Source: the human T2T-CHM13v2.0 reference genome, Homo sapiens. Taken from it: a stretch of 64,000 nt of DNA. Within the stretch, counting starts at the first letter, position 1, and each line of letters begins with the position of its first letter. The stretch is from NCBI RefSeq assembly GCF_009914755.1, contig NC_060925.1; one strand, written 5' to 3'. The notes below the pieces were generated by a model that did no database searches, was not told where the DNA came from, and was given only the letters and a program-made list of their open reading frames with translations. A program made the translations under genes and the position numbers. Below, in pieces: positions 1-14,100 of this stretch.

Positions 1-2496
1 TCGAATGGTCTCGAATGGAATCATCTTCAAATGGAATGGAATGGAATCATCGCATAGAATCGAATGGAATTATCATCGAATGGAATCGAATGGAATCAAC
101 AGCAAACGGAATAAAACGGAATTATCGAATGGAATCGAAGAGAATCATCGAATGGACCCGAATGGAATCATCTAATGGAATGGAATGGAATAATCCATGG
201 ACTCGAATGCAATCATCATCGAATGGAATCGAATGGAATCATCGAATGGACTCGAATGGAATAATCATTGAACGGAATCGAATGGAATCATCATCGGATG
301 GAAATGAATGGAATCATCATCGAATGGAATCGAATAGAATTATGGAATGAAATCCAGTGTGATCATCATCGAATGGACCCGAATGGAATCATCATCCAAC
401 GGAAGCTAATGGAATCAACATCGAATGAATCGAATGGAAACACCATCGAATTGAAACGAATGGAATTATCATGAAATTGAAATGGATGGACTCATCATCG
501 AATGGATTCGAATGGAATCATCGAATAAAATTGATTGAAATCATCATCCAATGGAATCGAATGGTATCATTGAATGGAATCGAATGGAATCATCATCAGA
601 TGGAAATGAATGGAATCGTCATAGAATGGAATCGAATGGATTCATTGAATGGAATCAGATGGAATCATCGAATGGACTGGAATGGAATCATTGAATGGAC
701 TCGAAAGGGATCATGATTGAATGGAATTGAATGGAATCATCGAATGGTCTCGATTGGAATCATTATCAAATGGAATCGAATGGAATCACCGAATAGAATC
801 GAATGGAACAATCATCGAATGGACTCAAATGGAATTATCCTCCAATGGAATCGAATGGAATTATCGAATGCAATCGAATGGAATTATCGAATGCAATCGA
901 ATAGAATCATCGAATGGACTCGAATGGAATCATCGAATGGAATGGAATGGAACAGTCAATGAACTCGAATGGAATCATCATTGAATGGAATTGAATGGAA
1001 TCATCGAGTGGAATCGAATGGAATTATGATCAAATGGAATTGAATGTAATCCTCATCAAATGGAATCAAAAATAACCATCATCAATTGGTATTGAATGGA
1101 ATTGTCATCAAATGCAATTCAAAGGAATCATCATCAAATGGAACCGAATGGAATCCTCATTGAATGGAAATGAAAGGGGTCATCATCTAATGGAATCGCA
1201 TGGAATCATCATCAAATGGAATCGAATGGAATCATCATCAAATGGAATCTAATGGAATCATTGAACAGAATTGAATGGAATCGTCATCGAATGAATTGAA
1301 TGCAATCATCGAATGGTCTCGAATGGAATCATCTTCTAATGGAAAGGAATGGAATCATCGCATAGAATCGAATGGAATTATCATCGAATGGAATCGAATG
1401 GTATCAACACCAAACGGAAAAAAACGGAATTATCGAATGGAATCGAAGAGAATCTTCGAACGGACCCGAATGGAATCATCTAATGGAATGGAATGGAATA
1501 ATCCATGGACTCGAATGCAATCATCATCGAATGGAATGGAATGGAATCATCGAATGGACTCGAATGGAATAATCATTGAACGGAATCGAATGGAATCATC
1601 ATCGGATGGAAACGAATGGAATCATCATCGAATGGAAATGAAAGGAGTCATCATCTAATGGAATTGCATGGAATCATCATAAAATGGAATCGAATGGAAT
1701 CAACATCAAAAGGAATCAAATGGAATCATTGAACGGAATTGAATGGAATCGTCATCGAATGAATTGACTGCAATCATCGAATGGTCTCGAATGGAATCAT
1801 CTTCAAATGGAATGGAATGGAATCATCGCATAGAATCGAATGGAATTATCATCGAATGGAATCGAATGGAATCAACATCAAACGGAAAAAAACGGAATTA
1901 TCGAATGGAATCGAAGAGAATCATCGAATGGACCCGAATGGAATCATCTAATGGAATGGAATGGAATAATCCATGGACTCGAATGCAATCATCATCGAAT
2001 GGAATCGAATGGAATCATCGAATGGACTCGAATGGAATAATCATTGAACGGAATCGAATGGAATCATCATCGGATGGAAATGAATGGAATCATCATCGAA
2101 TGGAATCGAATAGAATTATGGAATGAAATCCAGTGTGATCATCATCGAATGTATCCGAATGGAATCATCATCCAACGGAAGCTAATGGAATCAACATCGA
2201 ATGAATCGAATGGAAACACCATCGAATTGAAACGAATGGAATTATCATGAAATTGAAATGGATGGACTCATCATGGAATGGGTTCGAATAGAATCATCGA
2301 ATAAAATTGATTGAAATCATCATCCAATGGAATCGAATGGTATCATTGAATGGAATCGAATGGAATCATCATCAGATGGAAATGAATGGAATCGTCATAG
2401 AATGGAATCGAATGGATTCATTGAATGGAATCAGATGGAATCATCGAATGGACTGAAATGGAATCATTGAATGGACTCGAAAGGGATCATGATTGA

Positions 2497-5400
2497 ATGG
2501 AATTGAATGGAATCATCGAATGGTCTCGATTGGAATCATTATCAAATGGAATGGAATGGAATCACCGAATAGAATCGAATGGAACAATCATCGAATGGAC
2601 TCAAATGGAATTATCCTCAAATGGAATCGAATGGAATTATCGAATGCAATCGAATGGAATTATCGAATGCAATCGAATAGAATCATCGAATGGACTCGAA
2701 TGGAATCATCGAATGGAATGGAATGGAACAGTCAATGAACTCGAATGGAATCATCATTGAATGGAATCGAATGGAATCATCGAGTGGAATCGAATGGAAT
2801 TATGATCAAATGGAATCGAATGTAATCATCATCAAATGGAATCAAAAATAACCATCATCAATTGGTATTGAATGGAATTGTCATCAAATGGAATTCAAAG
2901 GAATCATCATCAAATGGAACCGAATGGAATCCTCATTGAATGGAAATGAAAGGGGTCATCATCTAATGGAATCGCATGGAATCATCATCAAATGGAATCG
3001 AATGGAATCATCATCAAATGGAATCTAATGGAATCATTGAACAGAATTGAATGGAATCGTCATCGAATGAATTGAATGCAATCATCGAATGGTCTCGAAT
3101 GGAATCATCTTCTAATGGAAAGGAATGGAATCATCGCATAGAATCGAATGGAATTATCATCGAATGGAATCGAATGGTATCAACACCAAACGGAAAAAAA
3201 CGGAATTATCGAATGGAATCGAAGAGAATCTTCGAACGGACCCGAATGGAATCATCTAATGGAATGGAATGGAATAATCCATGGACTCGAATGCAATCAT
3301 CATCGAATGGAATCGAATGGAATCATCGAATGGACTCGAATGGAATAATCATTGAACGGAATCAAATGGAATCATCATCGGATGGAAATGAATGGAATCA
3401 TCATCGAATGGAATCGAATAGAATTATGGAATGAAATCCAGTGTGATCATCATCGAATGGACCCGAATGGAATCATCATCCAACGGAAGCTAATGGAATC
3501 AACATCGAATGAATCGAATGGAAACACCATCGAATTGAAACGAATGGAATTATCATGAAATTGAAATGGATGGACTCATCATCGAATGGATTCGAATGGA
3601 ATCATCGAATAAAATTGATTGAAATCATCATCGAATGGAATCGAATGGTATCATTGAATGGAATCGAATGGAATCATCATCAGATGGAAATGAATGGAAT
3701 CGTCATAGAATGGAATCGAATGGATTCATTGAATGGAATCAGATGGAATCATCGAATGGACTGGAATGGAATCATTGAATGGACTCGAAAGGGATCATTA
3801 TTGAATGGAATTGAATCGAATCATCGAATGGTCTCGATTGGAATCATTATCAAATGGAATGGAATGGAATCACCGAATAGAATCGAATGGAACAATCATC
3901 GAATGGACTCAAATGGAATTATCCTCCAATGGAATCGAATGGAATTATCGAATGCAATCGAATGGAATTATCGAATGCAATCGAATAGAATCATCGAATG
4001 GACTCGAATGGAATCATCGAATGGAATGGAATGGAACAGTCAATGAACTCGAATGGAATCATCATTGAATGGAATCGAATGGAATCATCGAGTGGAATCG
4101 AATGGAATTATGATCAAATGGAATCGAATGTAATCCTCATCAAATGGAATCAAAAATAACCATCATCAATTGGTATTGAATGGAATTGTCATCAAATGGA
4201 ATTCAAAGGAATCATCATCAAATGGAACCGAATGGAATCCTCATTGAATGGAAATGAAAGGGGTCATCATCAAATGGAATCGAATGGAATCATCATCAAA
4301 TGGAATCTAATGGAATCATTGAACAGAATTGAATGGAATCGTCATCGAATGAATTGAATGCAATCATCGAATGGTCTCGAATGGAATCATCTTCTAATGG
4401 AAAGGAATGGAATCATCGCATAGAATCGAACGGAATTATCATCGAATGGAATCGAATGGTATCAACACCAAACGGAAAAAAACGGAATTATCGAATGGAA
4501 TCGAAGAGAATCTTCGAACGGACCCGAATGGAATCATCTAATGGAATGGAATGGAATAATCCATGGACTTGAATGCAATCATCATCGAATGGAATCGAAT
4601 GGAATCATCGAATGGACTCGAATGGAATAATCATTGAACGGAATCGAATGGAATCATCATCGGATGGAAATGAATGGAATCATCATCGAATGGAATCGAA
4701 TAGAATTATGGAATGAAATCCAGTGTGATCATCATCGAATGGACCCGAATGGAATCATCATCCAACGGAAGCTAATGGAATCAACATCGAATGAATCGAA
4801 TGGAAACACCATCGAATTGAAACGAATGGAATTATCATGAAATTGAAATGGATGGACTCATCATCGAATGGATTCGAATGGAATCATCGAATAAAATTGA
4901 TTGAAATCATCATCAAATGGAATCGAATGGTATCATTGAATGGAATCGAATGGAATCATCATCAGATGGAAATGAATGGAATCGTCATAGAATGGAATCG
5001 AATGGATTCATTGAATGGAATCAGATCGAATCATCAAATGGACTGGAATGTAAACATTGAATGGACTCGAAAGGGATCATTATTGAATGGAATTGAATGG
5101 AATCATCGAATGGTCTCGATTGGAATCATTACCAAATGGAATCGAATGGAATCACCGAATAGAATCGAATGGAACAATCATCGAATGGACTCAAATGGAA
5201 TTATCCTCAAATGGAATCGAATGGAATTATCGAATGCAATCGAATGGAATTATCGAATGCAATCGAATAGAATCATCGAATGGACTCGAATGGAATCATC
5301 GAATGGAATGGAATGGAACAGTCAATGAACTCGAATGGAATCATCATTGAATGGAATCGAATGGAATCATCGAGTGGAATCGAATGGAATTATGATCAAA

Positions 5401-6394
5401 TGGAATCGAATGTAATCATCATCAAATGGAATCAAAAATAACCATCATCAATTGGTATTGAATGGAATTGTCATCAAATGGAATTCAAAGGAATCATCAT
5501 CAAATGGAACCGAATGGAATCCTCATTGAATGGAAATGAAAGGGGTCATCATCTAATGGAATCGCATGGAATCATCATCAAATGGAATCGAATGGAATCA
5601 TCATCAAATGGAATCTAATGGAATCATTGAACAGAATTGAATGGAATCGTCATCGAATGAACTGAATGCAATCATCGAATGGTCTCGAATGGAATCATCT
5701 TCTAATGGAAAGGAATGGAATCATCGCATAGAATCAAATGGAATTATCATCGAATGGAATCGAATGGTATCAACACCAAACGGAAAAAAACGGAATTATC
5801 GAATAGATTCGAAGAGAATCTTCGAACGGACCCGAATGGAATCATCTAATGGAATGGAATGGAATAATCCATGGACTCGAATGCAATCATCATCGAATGG
5901 AATCAAATGGAATCATCGAATGGACTCGAATGGAATAATCATTGAACGGAATCGAATGGAATCATCATCGGATGGAAATGAATGGAATCATCATCGAATG
6001 GAATCGAATAGAATTATGGAATGAAATCCAGTGTGATCATCATCGAATGGACCCGAATGGAATCATCATCCAACGGAAGCTAATGGAATCAACATCGAAT
6101 GAATCGAATGGAAACACCATCGAATTGAAACGAATGGAATTATCATGAAATTGAAATGGATGGACTCATCATCGAATGGATTCGAATGGAATCATCGAAT
6201 AAAATTGATTGAAATCATCATCCAATGGAATCGAATGGTATCATTGAATGGAATCGAATGGAATCATCATCAGATGGAAATGAATGGAATCGTCATAGAA
6301 TGGAATCGAATGGATTCATTGAATGGAATCAGATGGAATCATCGAATGGACTGGAATGGAATCATTGAATGGACTCGAAAGGGATCATGATTGA
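2497..6394 (+). repeat. Three consecutive short units (1308, 1282, 1308 bp), each with a single subrepeat
   Basis: Anchor spacing 2497-3805-5087-6395; 1308 = 1776-468; 1282 = 1308-26 (deletion near 4270). Confidence 0.92.
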
Positions 6395-8170
6395 ATGGAA
6401 TTGAATGGAATCATCGAATGGTCTCGATTGGAATCATTATCAAATGGAATCGAATGGAATCACCGAATAGAATCGAATGGAACAATCATCGAATGGACTC
6501 AAATGGAATTATCCTCCAATGGAATCGAATGGAATTATCGAATGCAATCGAATGGAATTATCGAATGCAATCGAATAGAATCATCGAATGGACTCGAATG
6601 GAATCATCGAATGGAATGGAATGGAACAGTCAATGAACTCGAATGGAATCATCATTGAATGGAATCGAATGGAATCATCGAGTGGAATCGAATGGAATTA
6701 TGATCAAATGGAATCGAATGTAATCATCATCAAATGGAATCAAAAATAACCATCATCAATTGGTATTGAATGGAATTGTCATCAAATGGAATTCAAAGGA
6801 ATCATCATCAAATGGAACCGAATGGAATCCTCATTGAATGGAAATGAAAGGGGTCATCATCTAATGGAATCGCATGGAATCATCATCAAATGGAATCGAA
6901 TGGAATCATCATCAAATGGAATCTAATGGAATCATTGAACAGAATTGAATGGAATCGTCATCGAATGAATTGAATGCAATCATCGAATGGTCTCGAATGG
7001 AATCATCTTCTAATGGAAAGGAATGGAATCATCGCATAGAATCGAATGGAATTATCATCGAATGGAATCGAATGGTATCAACACCAAACGGAAAAAAACG
7101 GAATTATCGAATGGAATCGAAGAGAATCTTCGAACGGACCCGAATGGAATCATCTAATGGAATGGAATGGAATAATCCATGGACTCGAATGCAATCATCA
7201 TCGAATGGAATCGAATGGAATCATCGAATGGACTCGAATGGAATAATCATTGAACGGAATCGATTGGAATCATCATCGGATGGAAACGAATGGAATCATC
7301 ATCGAATGGAAATGAAAGGAGTCATCATCTAATGGAATTGCATGGAATCATCATAAAATGGAATCGAATGGAATCAACATCAAATGGAATCAAATGGAAT
7401 CATTGAACGGAATTGAATGGAATCGTCATCGAATGAATTGACTGCAATCATCCAATGGTCTCGAATGGAATCATCTTCAAATGGAATGGAATGGAATCAT
7501 CGCATAGAATCGAATGGAATTATCATCGAATGGAATCGAATGGAATCAACATCCAACGGAAAAAAACGGAATTATCGAATGGAATTGAAGAGAATCATCG
7601 AATGGACCCGAATGGAATCATCTAATGGAATGGAATGGAATAATCCATGGACTCGAATGCAATCATCATCGAATGGAATCGAATGGAATCATCGAATGGA
7701 CTCGAATGGAATAATCATTGAACGGAATCGAATGGAATCATCATCGGATGGAAATGAATGGAATCATCATCGAATGGAATCGAATAGAATTATGGAATGA
7801 AATCCAGTGTGATCATCATTGAATGGACCCGAATGGAATCATCATCCAACGGAAGCTAATGGAATCAACATCGAATGAATCAAATGGAAACACCATCGAA
7901 TTGAAACGAATGGAATTATCATGAAATTGAAATGGATGGACTCATCATCGAATGGATTCGAATGGAATCATCGAATAAAATTGATTGAAATCATCATCGA
8001 ATGGAATCGAATGGTATCATTGAATGGAATCGAATGGAATCATCATCAGATGGAAATGAATGGAATCGTCATAGAATGGAATCGAATGGATTCATTGAAT
8101 GGAATCAGATGGAATCATCGAATGGACTGGAATGGAATCATTGAATGGACTCGAAAGGGATCATGATTGA
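6395..8170 (+). repeat. Representative canonical 1776-bp repeat unit
   Basis: Homologous ORF starts at 6395, 8171, 9947; also 721/2497, 11255/13031/14807, 16588/18364/20140/21916/23692 and 60384/62160, all 1776 bp apart. Confidence 0.95.
6844..7779 (+). repeat. Internal tandem pair of 468-bp subrepeats within the 1776-bp unit (A ~6844-7311, B ~7312-7779)
   Basis: ORF starts 6949 and 7417 differ by 468. A carries ttctaatggaaagg, ggtatcaacacc, atcttcgaacgg and exits into aatgaaaggagtc; B carries ttcaaatggaatgg, ggaatcaacatc, atcatcgaatgg and exits into tcgaatagaattatgg. Confidence 0.93.
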
Positions 8171-11100
8171 ATGGAATTGAATGGAATCATCGAATGGTCT
8201 CGATTGGAATCATTATCAAATGGAATCGAATGGAATCACCGAATAGAATCGAATGGAACAATCATCGAATGGACTCAAATGGAATTATCCTCCAATGGAA
8301 TCGAATGGAATTATCGAATGCAATCGAATGGAATTATCGAATGCAATCGAATAGAATCATCGAATGGACTCGAATGGAATCATCGAATGGAATGGAATGG
8401 AACAGTCAATGAACTCGAATGGAATCATCATTGAATGGAATCGAATGGAATCATCGAGTGGAATCGAATGGAATTATGATCAAATGGAATCGAATGTAAT
8501 CATCATCAAATGGAATCAAAAATAACCATCATCAATTGGTATTGAATGGAATTGTCATCAAATGGAATTCAAAGGAATCATCATCAAATGGAACCGAATG
8601 GAATCCTCATTGAATGGAAATGAAAGGGGTCATCATCTAATGGAATCGCATGGAATCATCATCAAATGGAATCGAATGGAATCATCATCAAATGGAATCT
8701 AATGGAATCATTGAACAGAATTGAATGGAATCGTCATCGAATGAACTGAATGCAATCATCGAATGGTCTCGAATGGAATCATCTTCTAATGGAAAGGAAT
8801 GGAATCATCGCATAGAATCGAATGGAATTATCATCGAATGGAATCGAATGGTATCAATACCAAACGGAAAAAAACGGAATTATCGAATAGATTCGAAGAG
8901 AATCTTCGAACGGACCCGAATGGAATCATCTAATGGAATGGAATGGAATAATCCATGGACTCGAATGCAATCATCATCGAATGGAATCAAATGGAATCAT
9001 CGAATGGACTCGAATGGAATAATCATTGAACGGAATCGAATGGAATCATCATCGGATGGAAATGAATGGAATCATCATCGAATGGAAATGAAAGGAGTCA
9101 TCATCTAATGGAATTGCATGGAATCATCATAAAATGGAATCGAATGGAATCAACATCAAATGGAATCAAATGGAATCATTGAACGGAATTGAATGGAATC
9201 GTCATCGAATGTATTGACTGCAATCATCGAATGGTCTCGAATGGAATCATCTTCAAATGGAATGGAATGGAATCATCGCATAGAATCGAATGGAATTATC
9301 ATCGAATGGAATCGAATGGAATCAACATCAAACGGAAAAAAACGGAATTATCGAATGGAATCGAAGAGAATCATCGAATGGACCCGAATGGAATCATCTA
9401 ATGGAATGGAATGGAATAATCCATGGACTCGAATGCAATCATCATCGAATGGAATCGAATGGAATCATCGAATGGACTCGAATGGAATAATCATTGAACG
9501 GAATCGAATGGAATCATCATCGGATGGAAATGAATGGAATCATCATCGAATGGAATCGAATAGAATTATGGAATGAAATCCAGTGTGATCATCATCGAAT
9601 GGACCCGAATGGAATCATCATCCAACGGAAGCTAATGGAATCAACATCGAATGAATCGAATGGAAACACCATCGAATTGAAACGAATGGAATTATCATGA
9701 AATTGAAATGGATGGACTCATCATCGAATGGATTCGAATGGAATCATCGAATAAAATTGATTGAAATCATCATCCAATGGAATCGAATGGTATCATTGAA
9801 TGGAATCGAATGGAATCATCATCAGATGGAAATGAATGGAATCGTCATAGAATGGAATCGAATGGATTCATTGAATGGAATCAGATGGAATCATCGAATG
9901 GACTGGAATGGAATCATTGAATGGACTCGAAAGGGATCATGATTGAATGGAATTGAATGGAATCATCGAATGGTCTCGATTGGAATCATTATCAAATGGA
10001 ATCGAATGGAATCACCGAATAGAATCGAATGGAACAATCATCGAATGGACTCAAATGGAATTATCCTCAAATGGAATCGAATGGAATTATCGAATGCAAT
10101 CGAATGGAATTATCGAATGCAATCGAATAGAATCATCGAAAGGACTCGAATGGAATCATCGAATGGAATGGAATGGAACAGTCAATGAACTCGAATGGAA
10201 TCATCATTGAATGGAATCGAATGGAATCATCGAGTGGAATCGAATGGAATTATGATCAAATGGAATCGAATGTAATCATCATCAAATGGAATCAAAAATA
10301 ACCATCATCAATTGGTATTGAATGGAATTGTCATCAAATGGAATTCAAAGGAATCATCATCAAATGGAACCGAATGGAATCCTCATTGAATGGAAATGAA
10401 AGGGGTCATCATCTAATGGAATCGCATGGAATCATCATCAAATGGAATCGAATGGAATCATCATCAAATGGAATCTAATGGAATCATTGAACAGAATTGA
10501 ATGGAATCGTCATCGAATGAACTGAATGCAATCATCGAATGGTCTCGAATGGAATCATCTTCTAATGGAAAGGAATGGAATCATCGCATAGAATCAAATG
10601 GAATTATCATCGAATGGAATCGAATGGTATCAACACCAAACGGAAAAAAACGGAATTATCGAATAGATTCGAAGAGAATCTTCGAACGGACCCGAATGGA
10701 ATCATCTAATGGAATGGAATGGAATAATCCATGGACTCGAATGCAATCATCATCGAATGGAATCAAATGGAATCATCGAATGGACTCGAATGGAATAATC
10801 ATTGAACGGAATCGAATGGAATCATCATCGGATGGAAATGAATGGAATCATCATCGAATGGAATCGAATAGAATTATGGAATGAAATCCAGTGTGATCAT
10901 CATCGAATGGACCCGAATGGAATCATCATCCAACGGAAGCTAATGGAATCAACATCGAATGAATCGAATGGAAACACCATCGAATTGAAACGAATGGAAT
11001 TATCATGAAATTGAAATGGATGGACTCATCATCGAATGGATTCGAATGGAATCATCGAATAAAATTGATTGAAATCATCATCCAATGGAATCGAATGGTA

Positions 11101-14100
11101 TCATTGAATGGAATCGAATGGAATCATCATCAGATGGAAATGAATGGAATCGTCATAGAATGGAATCGAATGGATTCATTGAATGGAATCAGATGGAATC
11201 ATCGAATGGACTGGAATGGAATCATTGAATGGACTCGAAAGGGATCATGATTGAATGGAATTGAATGGAATCATCGAATGGTCTCGATTGGAATCATTAT
11301 CAAATGGAATCGAATGGAATCACCGAATAGAATCGAATGGAACAATCATCGAATGGACTCAAATGGAATTATCCTCCAATGGAATCGAATGGAATTATCG
11401 AATGCAATCGAATGGAATTATCGAATGCAATCGAATAGAATCATCGAATGGACTCGAATGGAATCATCGAATGGAATGGAATGGAACAGTCAATGAACTC
11501 GAATGGAATCATCATTGAATGGAATCGAATGGAATCATCGAGTGGAATCGAATGGAATTATGATCAAATGGAATCGAATGTAATCATCATCAAATGGAAT
11601 CAAAAATAACCATCATCAATTGGTATTGAATGGAATTGTCATCAAATGGAATTCAAAGGAATCATCATCAAATGGAACCGAATGGAATCCTCATTGAATG
11701 GAAATGAAAGGGGTCATCATCTAATGGAATCGCATGGAATCATCATCAAATGGAATCGAATGGAATCATCATCAAATGGAATCTAATGGAATCATTGAAC
11801 AGAATTGAATGGAATCGTCATCGAATGAATTGAATGCAATCATCGAATGGTCTCGAATGGAATCATCTTCTAATGGAAAGGAATGGAATCATCGCATAGA
11901 ATCGAATGGAATTATCATCGAATGGAATCGAATGGTATCAACACCAAACGGAAAAAAACGGAATTATCGAATGGAATCGAAGAGAATCTTCGAACGGACC
12001 CGAATGGAATCATCTAATGGAATGGAATGGAATAATCCATGGACTCGAATGCAATCATCATCGAATGGAATCGAATGGAATCATCGAATGGACTCGAATG
12101 GAATAATCATTGAACGGAATCGATTGGAATCATCATCGGATGGAAACGAATGGAATCATCATCGAATGGAAATGAAAGGAGTCATCATCTAATGGAATTG
12201 CATGGAATCATCATAAAATGGAATCGAATGGAATCAACATCAAATGGAATCAAATGTAATCATTGAACGGAATTGAATGGAATCGTCATCGAATGAATTG
12301 ACTGCAATCATCCAATGGTCTCGAATGGAATCATCTTCAAATGGAATGGAATGGAATCATCGCATAGAATCGAATGGAATTATCATCGAATGGAATCGAA
12401 TGGAATCAACATCCAACGGAAAAAAACGGAATTATCGAATGGAATTGAAGAGAATCATCGAATGGACCCGAATGGAATCATCTAATGGAATGGAATGGAA
12501 TAATCCATGGACTCGAATGCAATCATCATCCAATGGAATCGAATGGAATCATCGAATGGACTCGAATGGAATAATCATTGAACGGAATCGAATGGAATCA
12601 TCATCGGATGGAAATGAATGGAATCATCATCGAATGGAATCGAATAGAATTATGGAATGAAATCCAGTGTGATCATCATTGAATGGACCCGAATGGAATC
12701 ATCATCCAACGGAAGCTAATGGAATCAACATCGAATGAATCAAATGGAAACACCATCGAATTGAAACGAATGGAATTATCATGAAATTGAAATGGATGGA
12801 CTCATCATCGAATGGATTCGAATGGAATCATCGAATAAAATTGATTGAAATCATCATCCAATGGAATCGAATGGTATCATTGAATGGAATCGAATGGAAT
12901 CATCATCAGATGGAAATGAATGGAATCGTCATAGAATGGAATCGAATGGATTCATTGAATGGAATCAGATGGAATCATCGAATGGACTGGAATGGAATCA
13001 TTGAATGGACTCGAAAGGGATCATGATTGAATGGAATTGAATGGAATCATCGAATGGTCTCGATTGGAATCATTATCAAATGGAATCGAATGGAATCACC
13101 GAATAGAATCGAATGGAACAATCATCGAATGGACTCAAATGGAATTATCCTCCAATGGAATCGAATGGAATTATCGAATGCAATCGAATGGAATTATCGA
13201 ATGCAATCGAATAGAATCATCGAATGGACTCGAATGGAATCATCGAATGGAATGGAATGGAACAGTCAATGAACTCGAATGGAATCATCATTGAATGGAA
13301 TCGAATGGAATCATCGAGTGGAATCGAATGGAATTATGATCAAATGGAATCGAATGTAATCATCATCAAATGGAATCAAAAATAACCATCATCAATTGGT
13401 ATTGAATGGAATTGTCATCAAATGGAATTCAAAGGAATCATCATCAAATGGAACCGAATGGAATCCTCATTGAATGGAAATGAAAGGGGTCATCATCTAA
13501 TGGAATCGCATGGAATCATCATCAAATGGAATCGAATGGAATCATCATCAAATGGAATCTAATGGAATCATTGAACAGAATTGAATGGAATCGTCATCGA
13601 ATGAACTGAATGCAATCATCGAATGGTCTCGAATGGAATCATCTTCTAATGGAAAGGAATGGAATCATCGCATAGAATCGAATGGAATTATCATCGAATG
13701 GAATCGAATGGTATCAATACCAAACGGAAAAAAACGGAATTATCGAATAGATTCGAAGAGAATCTTCGAACGGACCCGAATGGAATCATCTAATGGAATG
13801 GAATGGAATAATCCATGGACTCGAATGCAATCATCATCGAATGGAATCAAATGGAATCATCGAATGGACTCGAATGGAATAATCATTGAACGGAATCGAA
13901 TGGAATCATCATCGGATGGAAATGAATGGAATCATCATCGAATGGAAATGAAAGGAGTCATCATCTAATGGAATTGCATGGAATCATCATAAAATGGAAT
14001 CGAATGGAATCAACATCAAATGGAATCAAATGGAATCATTGAACGGAATTGAATGGAATCGTCATCGAATGTATTGACTGCAATCATCGAATGGTCTCGA

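Noticed and set aside
1444-1462. Possible heat-shock element cGAAgaGAAtcTTCgaac in A subrepeats
   Set aside because: Only two correctly inverted nGAAn units rather than three, and such matches are expected by chance in GAA/TTC-rich sequence.
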